DNA of 64,000 nucleotides from Azonexus sp. (GTDB lineage Bacteria > Pseudomonadota > Gammaproteobacteria > Burkholderiales > Rhodocyclaceae): contig NZ_JAYREB010000003.1 in the NCBI RefSeq assembly GCF_041909095.1, positions 136,826 through 200,825 on the forward strand, read 5' to 3'. The position numbers were made by a program, and so were the translations under genes. Positions 1 through 9,737 of this stretch are shown one piece after another. How positions within the stretch are numbered: the stretch's first letter is position 1; each line of letters begins with the position of its first letter. The notes below the pieces were generated by a model. That model ran no database searches and was not told the DNA's origin. It worked only from the letters and a program-made list of their open reading frames with translations.

Positions 1-659
1 GCGATTACGCGGAAAACGCCTGGCGCCGGGTTGATGACCGGCCTTTCGGTGGCGGTCCGGGCATGCTGATGCAGGCGGCGCCGCTGGAAAAGGCGATCGC
101 TGCGGCGAAGGCGGCTCAGGCTGCGGCAGGTTTCCCGGCGAGCCGGGTGATCTACCTGTCGCCGCAAGGTGCACCGCTGACCCATGAGCGGGTGATGCGC
201 CTGGTGAGCGGTGGCGAAGGGCTGATCCTGCTCTGCGGCCGTTACGAAGGTATTGACGAGCGTCTGATCGAGCGCTGTGTCGATGAAGAAATATCGATCG
301 GGGATTTCGTGCTCTCCGGTGGCGAGTTGCCGGCGATGGTGCTGATCGATGCCGTCGTCCGCCAGTTGCCGGGGGTGCTTGGTGATGCCGCCTCGGCGGT
401 GGAAGATTCGTTTGTCGATGGTCTGCTGGATTGTCCGCACTACACCCGTCCCGAGGTTTACGAGGGAATGCCGGTGCCCGAGGTGCTGGTTTCCGGTGAT
501 CACAAGAGAATTCGTCGCTGGCGGCTAAAGCAGTCGCTGGCGCGGACCCGGAAGCGCCGTCCGGAGCTGTTTGCCGAATGGCTGGCGCAACGCAGTCTGA
601 CTGCGGAAGAGACGCAACTCCTCGCGGAAATTTCCGGTGCGGAGCAATGCGGTGAGTAA
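1..659 (+). CDS. trmD: tRNA (guanine37-N1)-methyltransferase TrmD, 5'-truncated by the window edge
   Basis: The frame stays open from nt 3 ([23 protein letters not shown]...). Typical TrmD C-terminal half ([39 protein letters not shown]). Followed by rplS as in the conserved rpsP-rimM-trmD-rplS operon. Confidence 0.95.
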   Translation, partial: DYAENAWRRVDDRPFGGGPGMLMQAAPLEKAIAAAKAAQAAAGFPASRVIYLSPQGAPLTHERVMRLVSGGEGLILLCGRYEGIDERLIERCVDEEISIGDFVLSGGELPAMVLIDAVVRQLPGVLGDAASAVEDSFVDGLLDCPHYTRPEVYEGMPVPEVLVSGDHKRIRRWRLKQSLARTRKRRPELFAEWLAQRSLTAEETQLLAEISGAEQCGE

Positions 660-681
660 TGTTTTACAAAAAGGATCTCAC

Positions 682-1053
682 ATGAACCTGATTCAACAGC
701 TGGAACAAGAAGAAATCGCCCGCCTGGGCAAGACCATTCCCGAATTTGCCCCGGGCGACACCGTCGTCGTCCAGGTCAAGGTCAAGGAAGGTAACCGCGA
801 GCGTCTGCAGGCTTACGAAGGCGTCGTCATCGCCAAGCGTAACCGTGGCCTGAACTCGTCCTTCATCGTCCGCAAGATTTCTTCCGGCGAAGGCGTCGAG
901 CGTACCTTCCAGACCTATTCGCCGCTGGTCGCCTCGATCGAGCTGAAGCGTCGCGGCGATGTCCGTCGCGCCAAGCTGTACTACCTGCGCGAGCGTTCGG
1001 GCAAGTCGGCACGCATCAAGGAAAAGCTGCCGGCGAAGAAGGCTTCCGCCTGA
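682..1053 (+). CDS. rplS: 50S ribosomal protein L19
   Basis: [12 protein letters not shown]...[48 protein letters not shown] is canonical L19. I chose the ATG at 682 inside the 637..1053 ORF. AAAGGA lies upstream. Confidence 0.97.
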   Translation: MNLIQQLEQEEIARLGKTIPEFAPGDTVVVQVKVKEGNRERLQAYEGVVIAKRNRGLNSSFIVRKISSGEGVERTFQTYSPLVASIELKRRGDVRRAKLYYLRERSGKSARIKEKLPAKKASA

Positions 1054-1080
1054 TCGACGGTTCGCAGCAATATCTGAAAA

Positions 1081-1102
1081 GGGGCTTCGGCCCCTTTTTT
1101 TG
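1081..1102 (+). terminator. Rho-independent terminator after rplS
   Basis: GGGGC-TTCG-GCCCC hairpin (1081-1094) followed by a T7 run. Confidence 0.7.
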
Positions 1103-1116
1103 TTGACTGCGAACGA

Positions 1117-1137
1117 TAAAAAAGGCGCCGCGGCGCC
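1117..1137 (-). terminator. Probable terminator of folE2 (minus strand)
   Basis: GGCGCCGCGGCGCC palindrome (1124-1137). On the minus strand it is followed by a T-run (plus-strand AAAAAA at 1118-1123), just downstream of the folE2 stop. Confidence 0.55.
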
Positions 1138-1162
1138 TTCGGGATGCTTGTCTCGGCGCGCT

Positions 1163-1957
1163 TCAGCCGGTCCGCTTGTCGCGCTCGATCAGCGCGTAGG
1201 CCGAGTGGTTGTGAATCGACTCGAAGTTTTCCGACTCGACCACGTAGCTGTCGATACGTGGCTCGGCGTTGAGGCGGGCGGCGACGTCGCGGACCATGTC
1301 TTCGACGAACTTCGGGTTGTCGTAGGCGCGCTCGGTGACGTACTTCTCGTCCGGGCGCTTCAACAGGCCGTAGAGTTCGCAGGAGGCTTCCGATTCCACT
1401 AGCTGGACCAGTTCCTCGACCCACATGAAGTCGTTGGTGCGGGCGGTGACGGTGACGTGCGAGCGCTGGTTGTGGGCGCCGCGCTCGGAAATCTTTTTCG
1501 AGCAGGGGCAGAGGCTGGTTACCGGTACGACGACCTTGACCGAGGTGACAATCTCGCCGCCACAGATGTCGCCGATGAAGGTGACGTCGTAGTCGAGCAG
1601 GCTCTGGACGCCGGAAACCGGTGCCGTCTTGTTGATGAAGTAGGGGAAGTTCATCTCGATGTGGCCGCTTTCCGCTTCCAGGCGGACGACCATGTCGCGC
1701 AGCATGGTCGGGAAGTTCTCGACCGAGATCTCGCGCTCGTGCGAGTTCAGTATCTCGACGAAGCGGGACATGTGCGTGCCCTTGAAATTGTGCGGCAGGC
1801 TGACGTACATGTTGAACACGGCGATCGTGTGCTGGATGCCTTCGGCCTTGTCCTGGACCTTGATCGGGTGGCGGATGGCCTTGATGCCGACCTTGTTGAT
1901 CGCGATCTGGCGCGTGTCGGCGGAGCTTTGTACGTCGGGGATGGAAGTTGGGGTCAT
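1163..1957 (-). CDS. folE2: GTP cyclohydrolase I type 2 (GCYH-IB, FolE2)
   Basis: [26 protein letters not shown]..., [23 protein letters not shown] and the C-terminal [10 protein letters not shown] are FolE2/DUF198 hallmarks. ATG at 1957; the upstream part of the 325-aa ORF overlaps dxs and I discarded it. Confidence 0.9.
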   Translation of the reverse strand: MTPTSIPDVQSSADTRQIAINKVGIKAIRHPIKVQDKAEGIQHTIAVFNMYVSLPHNFKGTHMSRFVEILNSHEREISVENFPTMLRDMVVRLEAESGHIEMNFPYFINKTAPVSGVQSLLDYDVTFIGDICGGEIVTSVKVVVPVTSLCPCSKKISERGAHNQRSHVTVTARTNDFMWVEELVQLVESEASCELYGLLKRPDEKYVTERAYDNPKFVEDMVRDVAARLNAEPRIDSYVVESENFESIHNHSAYALIERDKRTG

Positions 1958-1973
1958 GGGGCTGTTCTGTCCG

Positions 1974-3830
1974 TTAGAGCGGGTTGTCGAGGCGTTCGCG
2001 CACGCGGTGCACGATGCCTTCCTTGTCGAGGCCAAGCTCGGCGAGGAGCTGGCCTTGTTCGCCGTGATCCACGAACTGGTCGGGAAGACCGAGGCGCAGC
2101 ACGGCAGCGTTACTGCCAAGTTCGCCGAGCAGGCGTTCAATTTCCGAGCCGGCGCCGCCGATCACGGCATTTTCTTCGATGCTGACCAGCAGCGAATGGT
2201 TCCCGGCGAGTTCGCCGATCAGCGCGTTGTCGAGCGGTTTGATGAACCGCATGTTCACCACCGTTGCATCGAGCGCCTCACCGGCGGCGAGCGCCGCCGG
2301 TACCAGGCTGCCGAAGGCGAGCAGGGCGACCTTGCTGCCGCGACGCAGGACTTCGGCCTTGCCCAGCGGCAAGGTGTCGAGCTCGGACGCCGCTTTCTGG
2401 CCGGTGCCGCCCCCGCGCGGGTAGCGGACCAGCGTCGGGCCGTCGTGGGCGAAGGCGGTCGACAGCATGCGCCGGCATTCCGCTTCGTCGGCCGGCGCCA
2501 TGATCGTCAGGTTGGGGATGCAGGCGGCGAAGGAGAGGTCGAAGCTACCGTGGTGGGTTGGCCCGTCGGCGCCGACCAGGCCGCCGCGGTCGACGGCGAA
2601 GACGACCGGCAGCTTCTGCAGCGCGACGTCGTGGATCAGCTGGTCGTAGGCGCGCTGCAGGAAGGTCGAGTAGATGGCGACCACCGGCTTCAGGCCTTCG
2701 CAGGCCAGGCCGGCGGCGAAGGTCACGGCGTGCTGTTCGGCGATGCCGACATCGTAGTAGCGGCCGGGGAATTCCTGGGCAAAGCGGACCAGGCCGGAGC
2801 CTTCGCGCATCGCCGGGGTGATCGCCACCAGGCGCGGGTCGGCGCGTGCCTGATCGCACAGCCAGTCGCCGAAGACCTGGGTGTAGGTCAGCTTGCCGCC
2901 GCCCTTGCCGGACTGGATGCCTTCGCCGGGCGCGAACTTGCCGACGCCGTGGTAAAGGATGGGGTCGCTCTCGGCGAGCTTGTAGCCCTGGCCCTTCTTG
3001 GTGATCACGTGGAGGAACTTCGGTCCCTTGATGCCCTTGAGGTTTTCCAGGGTCGGGATCAGCGCGTCGAGGTCGTGGCCGTCGATCGGTCCGTAGTAGT
3101 GGAAACCGAATTCCTCGAACAGTGTGCCCGGGGCGATCATGCCCTTGACGTGCTCCTCGGCGCGGCGTGCCAGTTCAAGCAGCGGTGGGGCGAAGCCGAG
3201 CATGTGGCGACCGGCGGAGCGGGCAGCGTTGAAGGTCTTGCTCGAAGTTAGCCGGGTCAGGATGTTGTTGAGCGCGCCGACCGGCGGCGAGATCGACATC
3301 TCGTTGTCGTTGAGGATGACCAGCATGTCGGCGTCGGCGACGCCGGCGTTGTTCAGTGCCTCGAAGGCCATGCCGGCGGACATCGCGCCGTCGCCGATGA
3401 TGGCGATCACCTGGCGCGCCTCGCCCTTCTGCTTGGCGGCCAGCGCCATGCCCAGCGCCGCCGAGATCGAGGTCGACGAATGGCCGACGCCGAAGGTGTC
3501 GTATTCGCTCTCGCAGCGCTTGGGGAAACCGGCGATGCCGTGGCGCATGCGCAGCTTGTTCATGCCGGCGCGGCGCCCGGTCAACACCTTGTGTGGGTAG
3601 CACTGGTGGCCGACGTCCCAGACCAGGCGGTCTTCCGGCGTGTTGAAGACGTAGTGCAGGGCGATCGTCAACTCGACGGTGCCGAGGTTGGACGACAGGT
3701 GGCCGCCGGTGCCGGACACCGATTCGATCAGGAAGTCGCGCAGTTCGCCGGCCACCTGGCCGAGTTGCTTGCGCTCCAGGGCGCGCAGGTCGGCAGGGCG
3801 GTCGATGGTTTGCAGCAGCGGGTAAGTCAT
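1974..3830 (-). CDS. dxs: 1-deoxy-D-xylulose-5-phosphate synthase
   Basis: 618 aa. [37 protein letters not shown], the [15 protein letters not shown] ThDP motif, and a transketolase-like C-terminus. Confidence 0.97.
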   Translation of the reverse strand: MTYPLLQTIDRPADLRALERKQLGQVAGELRDFLIESVSGTGGHLSSNLGTVELTIALHYVFNTPEDRLVWDVGHQCYPHKVLTGRRAGMNKLRMRHGIAGFPKRCESEYDTFGVGHSSTSISAALGMALAAKQKGEARQVIAIIGDGAMSAGMAFEALNNAGVADADMLVILNDNEMSISPPVGALNNILTRLTSSKTFNAARSAGRHMLGFAPPLLELARRAEEHVKGMIAPGTLFEEFGFHYYGPIDGHDLDALIPTLENLKGIKGPKFLHVITKKGQGYKLAESDPILYHGVGKFAPGEGIQSGKGGGKLTYTQVFGDWLCDQARADPRLVAITPAMREGSGLVRFAQEFPGRYYDVGIAEQHAVTFAAGLACEGLKPVVAIYSTFLQRAYDQLIHDVALQKLPVVFAVDRGGLVGADGPTHHGSFDLSFAACIPNLTIMAPADEAECRRMLSTAFAHDGPTLVRYPRGGGTGQKAASELDTLPLGKAEVLRRGSKVALLAFGSLVPAALAAGEALDATVVNMRFIKPLDNALIGELAGNHSLLVSIEENAVIGGAGSEIERLLGELGSNAAVLRLGLPDQFVDHGEQGQLLAELGLDKEGIVHRVRERLDNPL

Positions 3831-3832
3831 GT

Positions 3833-4717
3833 TCAGAATAGCCTGTGGCAGATGAAGTCGGCGAGCTGGATCAGCCGGTCGGCGCGCTGGCCGAAACAGG
3901 CGAGCGCTGCCAGCGCGTCGCTACGCAGTTCGTCGGCGTAGGCGCGGGCGCGTTCGAGGCCGAGCAGGGCGACATAGGTCGGTTTGTCGGCGGCTTCATC
4001 CTTGCCGGCGGTCTTGCCAAGGGTGGCGGTGCTCGCCGTGCAGTCGAGGATGTCGTCGACGACCTGGAAGAGCAGGCCGGCGCGCTTGGCGAAGCGGTCG
4101 AGCTGCAGCCGTTCGTTGTCGCTCAGGGGGGCGCCGGCCAGCGCGCCAAGCAACACGGCGGCGCGGATCAGGGCGCCGGTCTTCAGCGCGTGCATCAGTT
4201 CCAGTTCGACCTGTTCGAGCGGCTTGCCGACCGAGGCGAGGTCGATCGCCTGACCGCCGGCCATGCCGCGCGAGCCGCTGGCATGGGCGAGGAGGGTGAT
4301 CATTTCCAGTTGGCGCTCGCCGAGCGGTTGGCTGGCGAGCAGTTCGAAGGCCAGCGTCTGCAGGCTGTCGCCGACGAGCAGCGCGGTTGGCTCGTCGTAT
4401 TCGACGTGGCAGGTGGGCCGGCCGCGGCGCAGGACGTCGTCGTCCATGCATGGCAGGTCGTCGTGTACCAGCGAATAGGCGTGGATCAGTTCGACCGCGC
4501 AGGCGGCGACGTCAAGGCGGCCGGCATCGGCGCCGGCCAGTTCGCCGGCAGCGAAGACCAGCAGCGGGCGGACGCGCTTGCCGCCGCCCAGCGTGGCGTA
4601 GCGCATGGCGTCGTGCAGGCGTTGCGGAATCGTTTCGGCGGCGGGCAGGAAGCGCGCCAGCGCAGCTTCGGTACGGCCCTGCGTGGCGGCCATCCAGTCG
4701 GCAAAGGAAAGGCTCAC
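3833..4717 (-). CDS. ispA: (2E,6E)-farnesyl diphosphate synthase / geranyltranstransferase
   Basis: Both polyprenyl synthase aspartate-rich motifs are present ([12 protein letters not shown] and FQVVDDILD). I propose a GTG start at 4717 overlapping the xseB stop (GTGA). ATG at 4693 is the alternative. Confidence 0.88.
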   Translation of the reverse strand: MSLSFADWMAATQGRTEAALARFLPAAETIPQRLHDAMRYATLGGGKRVRPLLVFAAGELAGADAGRLDVAACAVELIHAYSLVHDDLPCMDDDVLRRGRPTCHVEYDEPTALLVGDSLQTLAFELLASQPLGERQLEMITLLAHASGSRGMAGGQAIDLASVGKPLEQVELELMHALKTGALIRAAVLLGALAGAPLSDNERLQLDRFAKRAGLLFQVVDDILDCTASTATLGKTAGKDEAADKPTYVALLGLERARAYADELRSDALAALACFGQRADRLIQLADFICHRLF

Positions 4718-4953
4718 TGGGCCTCCAGGGTGTTGCGATCGACGTCGCGGGCGACGCCGTTCTCGATGATGCGCACTTCTTCTTCGGCTTTCGCCAGCAG
4801 GTTCTGGCAATGCTGGATCAGCGCCATGCCGCGCCGATGCGCGGCAATCGATTCTGCCAGTTCGAACTGGCCGTTTTCCATGCTGGCGACGGTGGCTTCC
4901 AGTTCGGCCAGGGCGACCTCGAATTTCATCTCGGCTATCGGGGTGGGATCCAT
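4714..4953 (-). CDS. xseB: Exodeoxyribonuclease VII small subunit
   Basis: 79 aa. FEVALAELEATVASMENGQFELAESIAAHRRGMALIQHCQNLL matches the XseB helical hairpin. xseB-ispA-dxs order is conserved. Confidence 0.9.
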   Translation of the reverse strand: MDPTPIAEMKFEVALAELEATVASMENGQFELAESIAAHRRGMALIQHCQNLLAKAEEEVRIIENGVARDVDRNTLEAQ

Positions 4954-5056
4954 GACTTGGTCGTTCAGGAAACATATGAAAATACTCCATGCGGGGTATT
5001 TCGGTCAAATTCAGGATAAAATCGACATCCTTTTTTTAACCCGCTGGAGGCTAGGA

Positions 5057-6193
5057 ATGTCCGACATGGCGACTTCGTCCCGGTTGGCCCCTGCAGTTTC
5101 CCAACTGCCGGTGGACTGGTATTTCGATGAACGGATTCATGCGCTGGAGAAGAAGCTCATCTTCGATGCCGGTCCGGGCTACGTCGGTCACCAGTTGATG
5201 GTGCCCGAAGCGGGGAATTACCGTACCCAGGAATGGAAAGACCACGGCCAGATGCTGCTCAACGGCGGCGCGGTCGGGCCGAATGCCGGCATCTGGCAGA
5301 TGTCCAACGTCTGCCGCCATCGCCAGGCGATCATGCTGCAGGGCGCTGGCAAGCTCGACGGGCCGGTGGTCTGCCCGATTCACCGCTGGACCTATGAGCC
5401 GTCCGGCGAACTGATCGGCGCCCCGCATTTTCCGCAGAATCCCTGCCTCAACCTCGACAAGGTCAAGCTGGAGAACTGGAACGGCCTGCTCTTCAAGGGG
5501 CCGCGTTCGGCCAACGTCGATCTGGCCGGCATGCTGACCGCGCGTGATTTCGATTTTTCCGGCTACAAGCTCGACCACGTCGAGATGCACGAGTGCAACT
5601 ACAACTGGAAGACCTTCATCGAGGTCTATCTGGAGGACTACCACGTCGTGCCCTACCACCCGGGGCTGGGCAACTTCGTCACCTGCGACGACCTGAGCTG
5701 GCAGTTCGGCGACTGGTACTCGGTGCAGAAGGTCGGCATCACCTCGCTGCTCAAGGAATCCACTTCCGGCGTCTATAACCGCTGGCAGAAGGTGGTCCGC
5801 GAATATTACGGCGACCGTGGGCAGACGCCGCCACAGGGCGCGGTATGGTTGACCTACTACCCGAACATCATGGTCGAGTGGTATCCGCACGTGCTGGTCG
5901 TGTCGACGCTGATCCCGCAGGGTGTGGACAAGACGATGAACGTCGTCGAGTTCTACTACCCCGAGGAAATCGTCGATTTCGAGCGCGAGTTCATCGAAGC
6001 CGAGCGCGCCGCCTACATGGAGACGGCGATCGAGGACGACGACATCGGCGAGCGCATGGACCGCGGCCGCAAGGCGCTGCTGGCCGACGGCAGGAACGAG
6101 GTCGGCCCCTACCAGAGCCCGATGGAGGACGGCATGCAGCACTTCCACGAGTTCTACCGGCGCATCATGCAGAAGGAAATCGAAGGCCGCTGA
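5057..6193 (+). CDS. Rieske [2Fe-2S] domain protein, ring-hydroxylating oxygenase alpha-subunit-like
   Basis: Rieske ligands CRHR...(17 aa)...CPIHRW. GGAGG lies 6 nt upstream of ATG 5057. Only the 3' part of the 782-aa ORF is coding; its 5' part is antisense to ispA/xseB. Confidence 0.75.
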   Translation: MSDMATSSRLAPAVSQLPVDWYFDERIHALEKKLIFDAGPGYVGHQLMVPEAGNYRTQEWKDHGQMLLNGGAVGPNAGIWQMSNVCRHRQAIMLQGAGKLDGPVVCPIHRWTYEPSGELIGAPHFPQNPCLNLDKVKLENWNGLLFKGPRSANVDLAGMLTARDFDFSGYKLDHVEMHECNYNWKTFIEVYLEDYHVVPYHPGLGNFVTCDDLSWQFGDWYSVQKVGITSLLKESTSGVYNRWQKVVREYYGDRGQTPPQGAVWLTYYPNIMVEWYPHVLVVSTLIPQGVDKTMNVVEFYYPEEIVDFEREFIEAERAAYMETAIEDDDIGERMDRGRKALLADGRNEVGPYQSPMEDGMQHFHEFYRRIMQKEIEGR

Positions 6194-6313
6194 GCGGATT
6201 TTTCAGCCGCTTCCGCGGTCGACCGGGGCGTCGGGTAGAATCCGGCGCCCTTTTTCATTGTCTTTGCCGGTCGTGGCCCGAAGCCTGGCTGCGCCGTCCG
6301 AGTCGAGTCACGC

Positions 6314-7165
6314 ATGCAATCCCTGTGGATGATCGCCGCCAGTTTCCTGTTCGCCTGCATGGGCGTTTGCGTCAAGCTGGCGGCGCAGACCCATTCGGCG
6401 GTCGAAATCACCTTCTACCGCAGTTTCATCGCCCTGCTGCTGATGTTCGGGCTGGTTCGCCTGCGCGGCGTCCGGCTGGCGACGCCGCACTGGCGCTGGC
6501 AGATCACTCGCGGTCTGGTCGGCTTCTCCGCCCTGTTCGCCTATTTCTACGCGATCACCCTGCTGCCGCTGGCGACCGCGGTGACGCTCAACTACACCTC
6601 GGCGATCTTCCTCGCGCTCTACCTGGCGCTCGCCGGCTGGCAGGTGCGACGCGGCATGCTCGGTGCGCTGGCGCTCGGTCTGGCCGGCGTCATTCTCTTG
6701 CTCAAGCCGACCTTTCAGGCCGAGCAGCTGGTCGGTGGTCTGGTCGGCCTCGCCTCCGGCGTGATGGCCGGGATGGCCTACTTCAGCGTGCGCGAACTGG
6801 GGGCGCGCGGTGAATCGGAAATCCGCACCGTCTTTTATTTCTCGCTCGTCGCCAGCGTCTGTGCCGCCGTCTGGCTCGCCTTCGGCGAGATCCACCCGGT
6901 CGACGCCGACAGCGGCCTGCTGCTGTTCGGTGTCGCCGGTTTCGCGACGCTCGCCCAGCTGGCGATGACGCGCGCCTATTCGCGCGGCAAGACCCTGCTG
7001 TCGGCAGCGCTGGCCTACTCCACGGTGATCTTTTCCAGCCTCGCCGGCATGCTGTTCTGGGGCGAAGTGCTGCCGGCGTCGGCGTGGGCGGCGATCGGCC
7101 TGATCCTCCTGTCGGGCATCGCGGCGACGCATTTTTCCCGTGCCAGCCCGGTGGAGCAGGATTAA
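6314..7165 (+). CDS. DMT superfamily (EamA/RhaT-like) transporter
   Basis: 283 aa with about 10 hydrophobic segments and a two-EamA-repeat organisation. Confidence 0.8.
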   Translation: MQSLWMIAASFLFACMGVCVKLAAQTHSAVEITFYRSFIALLLMFGLVRLRGVRLATPHWRWQITRGLVGFSALFAYFYAITLLPLATAVTLNYTSAIFLALYLALAGWQVRRGMLGALALGLAGVILLLKPTFQAEQLVGGLVGLASGVMAGMAYFSVRELGARGESEIRTVFYFSLVASVCAAVWLAFGEIHPVDADSGLLLFGVAGFATLAQLAMTRAYSRGKTLLSAALAYSTVIFSSLAGMLFWGEVLPASAWAAIGLILLSGIAATHFSRASPVEQD

Positions 7166-7195
7166 ACTGGGGCCACAACAACAACGGAGCAAACC

Positions 7196-7546
7196 ATGAT
7201 CGTCATCGACCACAAGGCCCACCGGGTCAATGTTTCGGTGTTCGGCGAATTCACGCTGGCCGACTATCGTGAATTCGAGGAAGTCGTCAATTACAAGATC
7301 AAGTTCGAAGGTCCGGTCGACCTGTTCTTCGACCTGACCAAGATGGGCACGCTGACGCTCGACGTCGCCTGGGAGGAAGTCAAGTTCTCGCGCGCCCATG
7401 CCAACGATTTCAATCGCGTCGCGGTGGTCACCGACAGCGAGTGGGTGACCTGGAGCGCCTGGATTTCGCAGACCTTCGTCAATGCCGACGTGCAGGTTTT
7501 CGACGATCCCGCCGCCGCCGACGAGTGGCTGGAAGGCGAGGCTTGA
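7196..7546 (+). CDS. STAS/SpoIIAA-like small protein (DUF3478-like)
   Basis: 116 aa. The pattern V.VFGEFT..DY.EFE...FDLT.M...T...AWEE resembles SpoIIAA-like STAS proteins. I could not confirm the family name. Confidence 0.5.
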   Translation: MIVIDHKAHRVNVSVFGEFTLADYREFEEVVNYKIKFEGPVDLFFDLTKMGTLTLDVAWEEVKFSRAHANDFNRVAVVTDSEWVTWSAWISQTFVNADVQVFDDPAAADEWLEGEA

Positions 7547-8382
7547 GCTTTGGTCCGCTGATCCGTCCGGCGCAGTTGCAGGCGCAGCTCGGCGAGCCCG
7601 GTTGCTGCATCGTCGATGTCCGCCATCAGCTGGCCGATGTCGGCTACGGCGAGCGGGCTTACAACGAAGCGCACCTGCCCGGCGCCTTCTTCCTGCATTG
7701 CGACCGTGACCTGTCGGGGCCGCTGAACGGCCGCAACGGGCGCCATCCGCTGCCCGATCCCGAGGTGCTGGCCGGCAAGCTGGCGGCGCTCGGCATCGGC
7801 AGGCAGACTCGGGTGGTCGCTTACGACGACGGCAACGGCATGATCGCCGGCCGTCTCTGGTGGCTGTTGCGCTGGCTCGGCCACGATGCCGTCGCTGTGC
7901 TCGATGGCGGCTGGGCGGCGTGGTGCCAGGCTGGCGGGGCTTTGAGTACGGCACGACCGAGTGCCGTGCCGGGCGACTTCCAGCCGCGTTTGCGCCCGTG
8001 GACGGTCGCTGTTGACGATGTCCTGGCCGGGTTGGGGGCGGCGGACCGGCGTTTGATCGACGCGCGAGCCGCCGACCGCTTTCGCGGCGAGAACGAAACC
8101 ATCGATCCGGTGGCCGGCCATATTCCCGGTGCGAGCAATCGCTTCTTCGGCGACAACCTCGGCGCTGACGGCTTCTTCAAGCCGGCGGCCGAACTGGCCG
8201 CCGAATGGCGCGTGCTGCTTGCCGGCGATGCGCCGTCGGCGGTCGTTCATTACTGTGGTTCGGGTGTTTCCGCGTGCCAGAACATCCTCGCCATGGAAAT
8301 TGCCGGCCTGCCCGGTTCGCGGCTCTACGGCGGCTCGTGGAGCGAGTGGTGCGCCGAGCCGGCGCGGCCGGTCGAGCGCTGA
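7543..8382 (+). CDS. Rhodanese-domain sulfurtransferase (thiosulfate/3-mercaptopyruvate sulfurtransferase-like)
   Basis: Tandem rhodanese domains with the active-site loop HYCGSGVSACQN and C-terminal YGGSWSEW. Putative TTG start at 7543 overlapping the upstream stop (TTGA). Confidence 0.85.
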   Translation: MSFGPLIRPAQLQAQLGEPGCCIVDVRHQLADVGYGERAYNEAHLPGAFFLHCDRDLSGPLNGRNGRHPLPDPEVLAGKLAALGIGRQTRVVAYDDGNGMIAGRLWWLLRWLGHDAVAVLDGGWAAWCQAGGALSTARPSAVPGDFQPRLRPWTVAVDDVLAGLGAADRRLIDARAADRFRGENETIDPVAGHIPGASNRFFGDNLGADGFFKPAAELAAEWRVLLAGDAPSAVVHYCGSGVSACQNILAMEIAGLPGSRLYGGSWSEWCAEPARPVER

Positions 8383-8391
8383 GCTTCTCGT

Positions 8392-9654
8392 TCAGGCCTG
8401 TTCGAAGAAGTGGTGGCGAACCCTGTCGTCGAGCAATCGGCGGCAGCCGGCTTCGTCGCAACATTGCAGCCGGGTGTGCAGCGTTTCGGCGATGTTCAGG
8501 AAGATGGCGGCGAGTGTCGGGTCGAAGTGGCTGCCGCTGTCCTGGCGAATGATCTCGATGGCGGCGGCGAACGGCATCGCCTCCTTGTACGGGCGGCGCG
8601 AGACCAGCGCATCGAAGACATCGGCAATGGCGAAGATGCGCGCCGCCAGGGGAATGTTTTCGCCACTCAGAGCGCGCGGGTAACCTTTGCCGTCCCATTT
8701 TTCGTGGTGGCCGGCAACCACGGCGGCCGCCTCGTCCAGCCAGCCGATGCCGGCGACGATCGCCTCGCCTTGCGCGACGTGGGTGCGCATGATCGTCATT
8801 TCCTCGGCGTCCAGCCGCCCGGGCTTGAGCAGGATGGCGTCGGGGATGCCGATCTTGCCGACATCGTGCAGGAAGCTGCCGACGATCAAGGCCTGCATTG
8901 CCGCTCGTTCCAGTCCCAGTGCTTCGCCGATGCAGGCGGCGATCCAGGCCACCCGGTAGTTGTGGGCGCCGGTGTCGGAATCGCGACGGGCGACGGCGCG
9001 GCCCAGCGCTTCCATCATCGACAGGTGCGATTCGAGCAGCGCTTCCGCCCGCCGCGAGTTTTCCGCCGACAGATGGACGACGAAGGGATAGATGGTCAGG
9101 CCGCAGAGCAAGGAGGCGGCGGCAACGATCAGAGCCATGGTTAGTGCGCCGCGCATCAGTTCTTCCTTCTGCCATTCCGGGACGATGCGCACGCCCTCGA
9201 AAAAGCCCGCCGGGCGCTTGGTATCACGCCCTTCCAGGGGGACGAAGATGCGCAGTATCCAGCCATGTTCGGGCAGCTTCAGGCTTTGATAACTGGGTGT
9301 CCGGTAATTCGGCCGGCCATGTTTGGGCAGCAGCGATTCGACGGCTTCGCCCGCCGGTGTTGTGGCCTCGGCCAGCTTGCGGCCGTCGGCATCGTAGATT
9401 TCGGCGATATCGAACAGGCCGCCGGTGATCGCCAGCGCCGCCTCGTCGGCACGCAGCGGCAACTGCTGTTCGGCGGGGAGGGCGAAGCTGTCGCGGTCGC
9501 CCAGGATGTGCCGGGATTCCTCCATGGCCAGGGAGACCATGTTTTCCTCGGCGATCTCGCGCGAAATCAGCCAGGCGAGGGGGGCGCTGATCAATGCGAG
9601 CAAGATGCTGATGGCGGCAATGCGGCGGGCGGCGCGTTGTTTGAAGGTGTTCAT
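8392..9654 (-). CDS. Membrane-anchored HD-GYP domain protein (c-di-GMP phosphodiesterase family)
   Basis: HDVGKIGIP...HHEKWDGKGYP...ADVFDAL is the HD-GYP signature. N-terminal TM helix plus an extracytoplasmic region plus a second TM helix. Confidence 0.85.
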   Translation of the reverse strand: MNTFKQRAARRIAAISILLALISAPLAWLISREIAEENMVSLAMEESRHILGDRDSFALPAEQQLPLRADEAALAITGGLFDIAEIYDADGRKLAEATTPAGEAVESLLPKHGRPNYRTPSYQSLKLPEHGWILRIFVPLEGRDTKRPAGFFEGVRIVPEWQKEELMRGALTMALIVAAASLLCGLTIYPFVVHLSAENSRRAEALLESHLSMMEALGRAVARRDSDTGAHNYRVAWIAACIGEALGLERAAMQALIVGSFLHDVGKIGIPDAILLKPGRLDAEEMTIMRTHVAQGEAIVAGIGWLDEAAAVVAGHHEKWDGKGYPRALSGENIPLAARIFAIADVFDALVSRRPYKEAMPFAAAIEIIRQDSGSHFDPTLAAIFLNIAETLHTRLQCCDEAGCRRLLDDRVRHHFFEQA

Positions 9655-9737
9655 CGGAAGTTGGCGGCAGGCGAGCCCGGAAACGTTATCCGGTGATTAC
9701 AGCACGCCAGCCTGAAAGGAAGATGAATGCGCCCAAG

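Noticed and set aside
4718-5008. N-terminal extension of the ispA ORF to ATG 5008
   Set aside because: It would overlap the whole of xseB in another frame and is Arg/Pro-rich. The GTG at 4717 gives a normal-length IspA with stop/start coupling.
3845-5056. 5' two-fifths of the 782-aa plus-strand ORF 3845..6193
   Set aside because: It is antisense to ispA and xseB and has no motifs. The recognisable Rieske protein begins at ATG 5057, which has a GGAGG ribosome-binding site.
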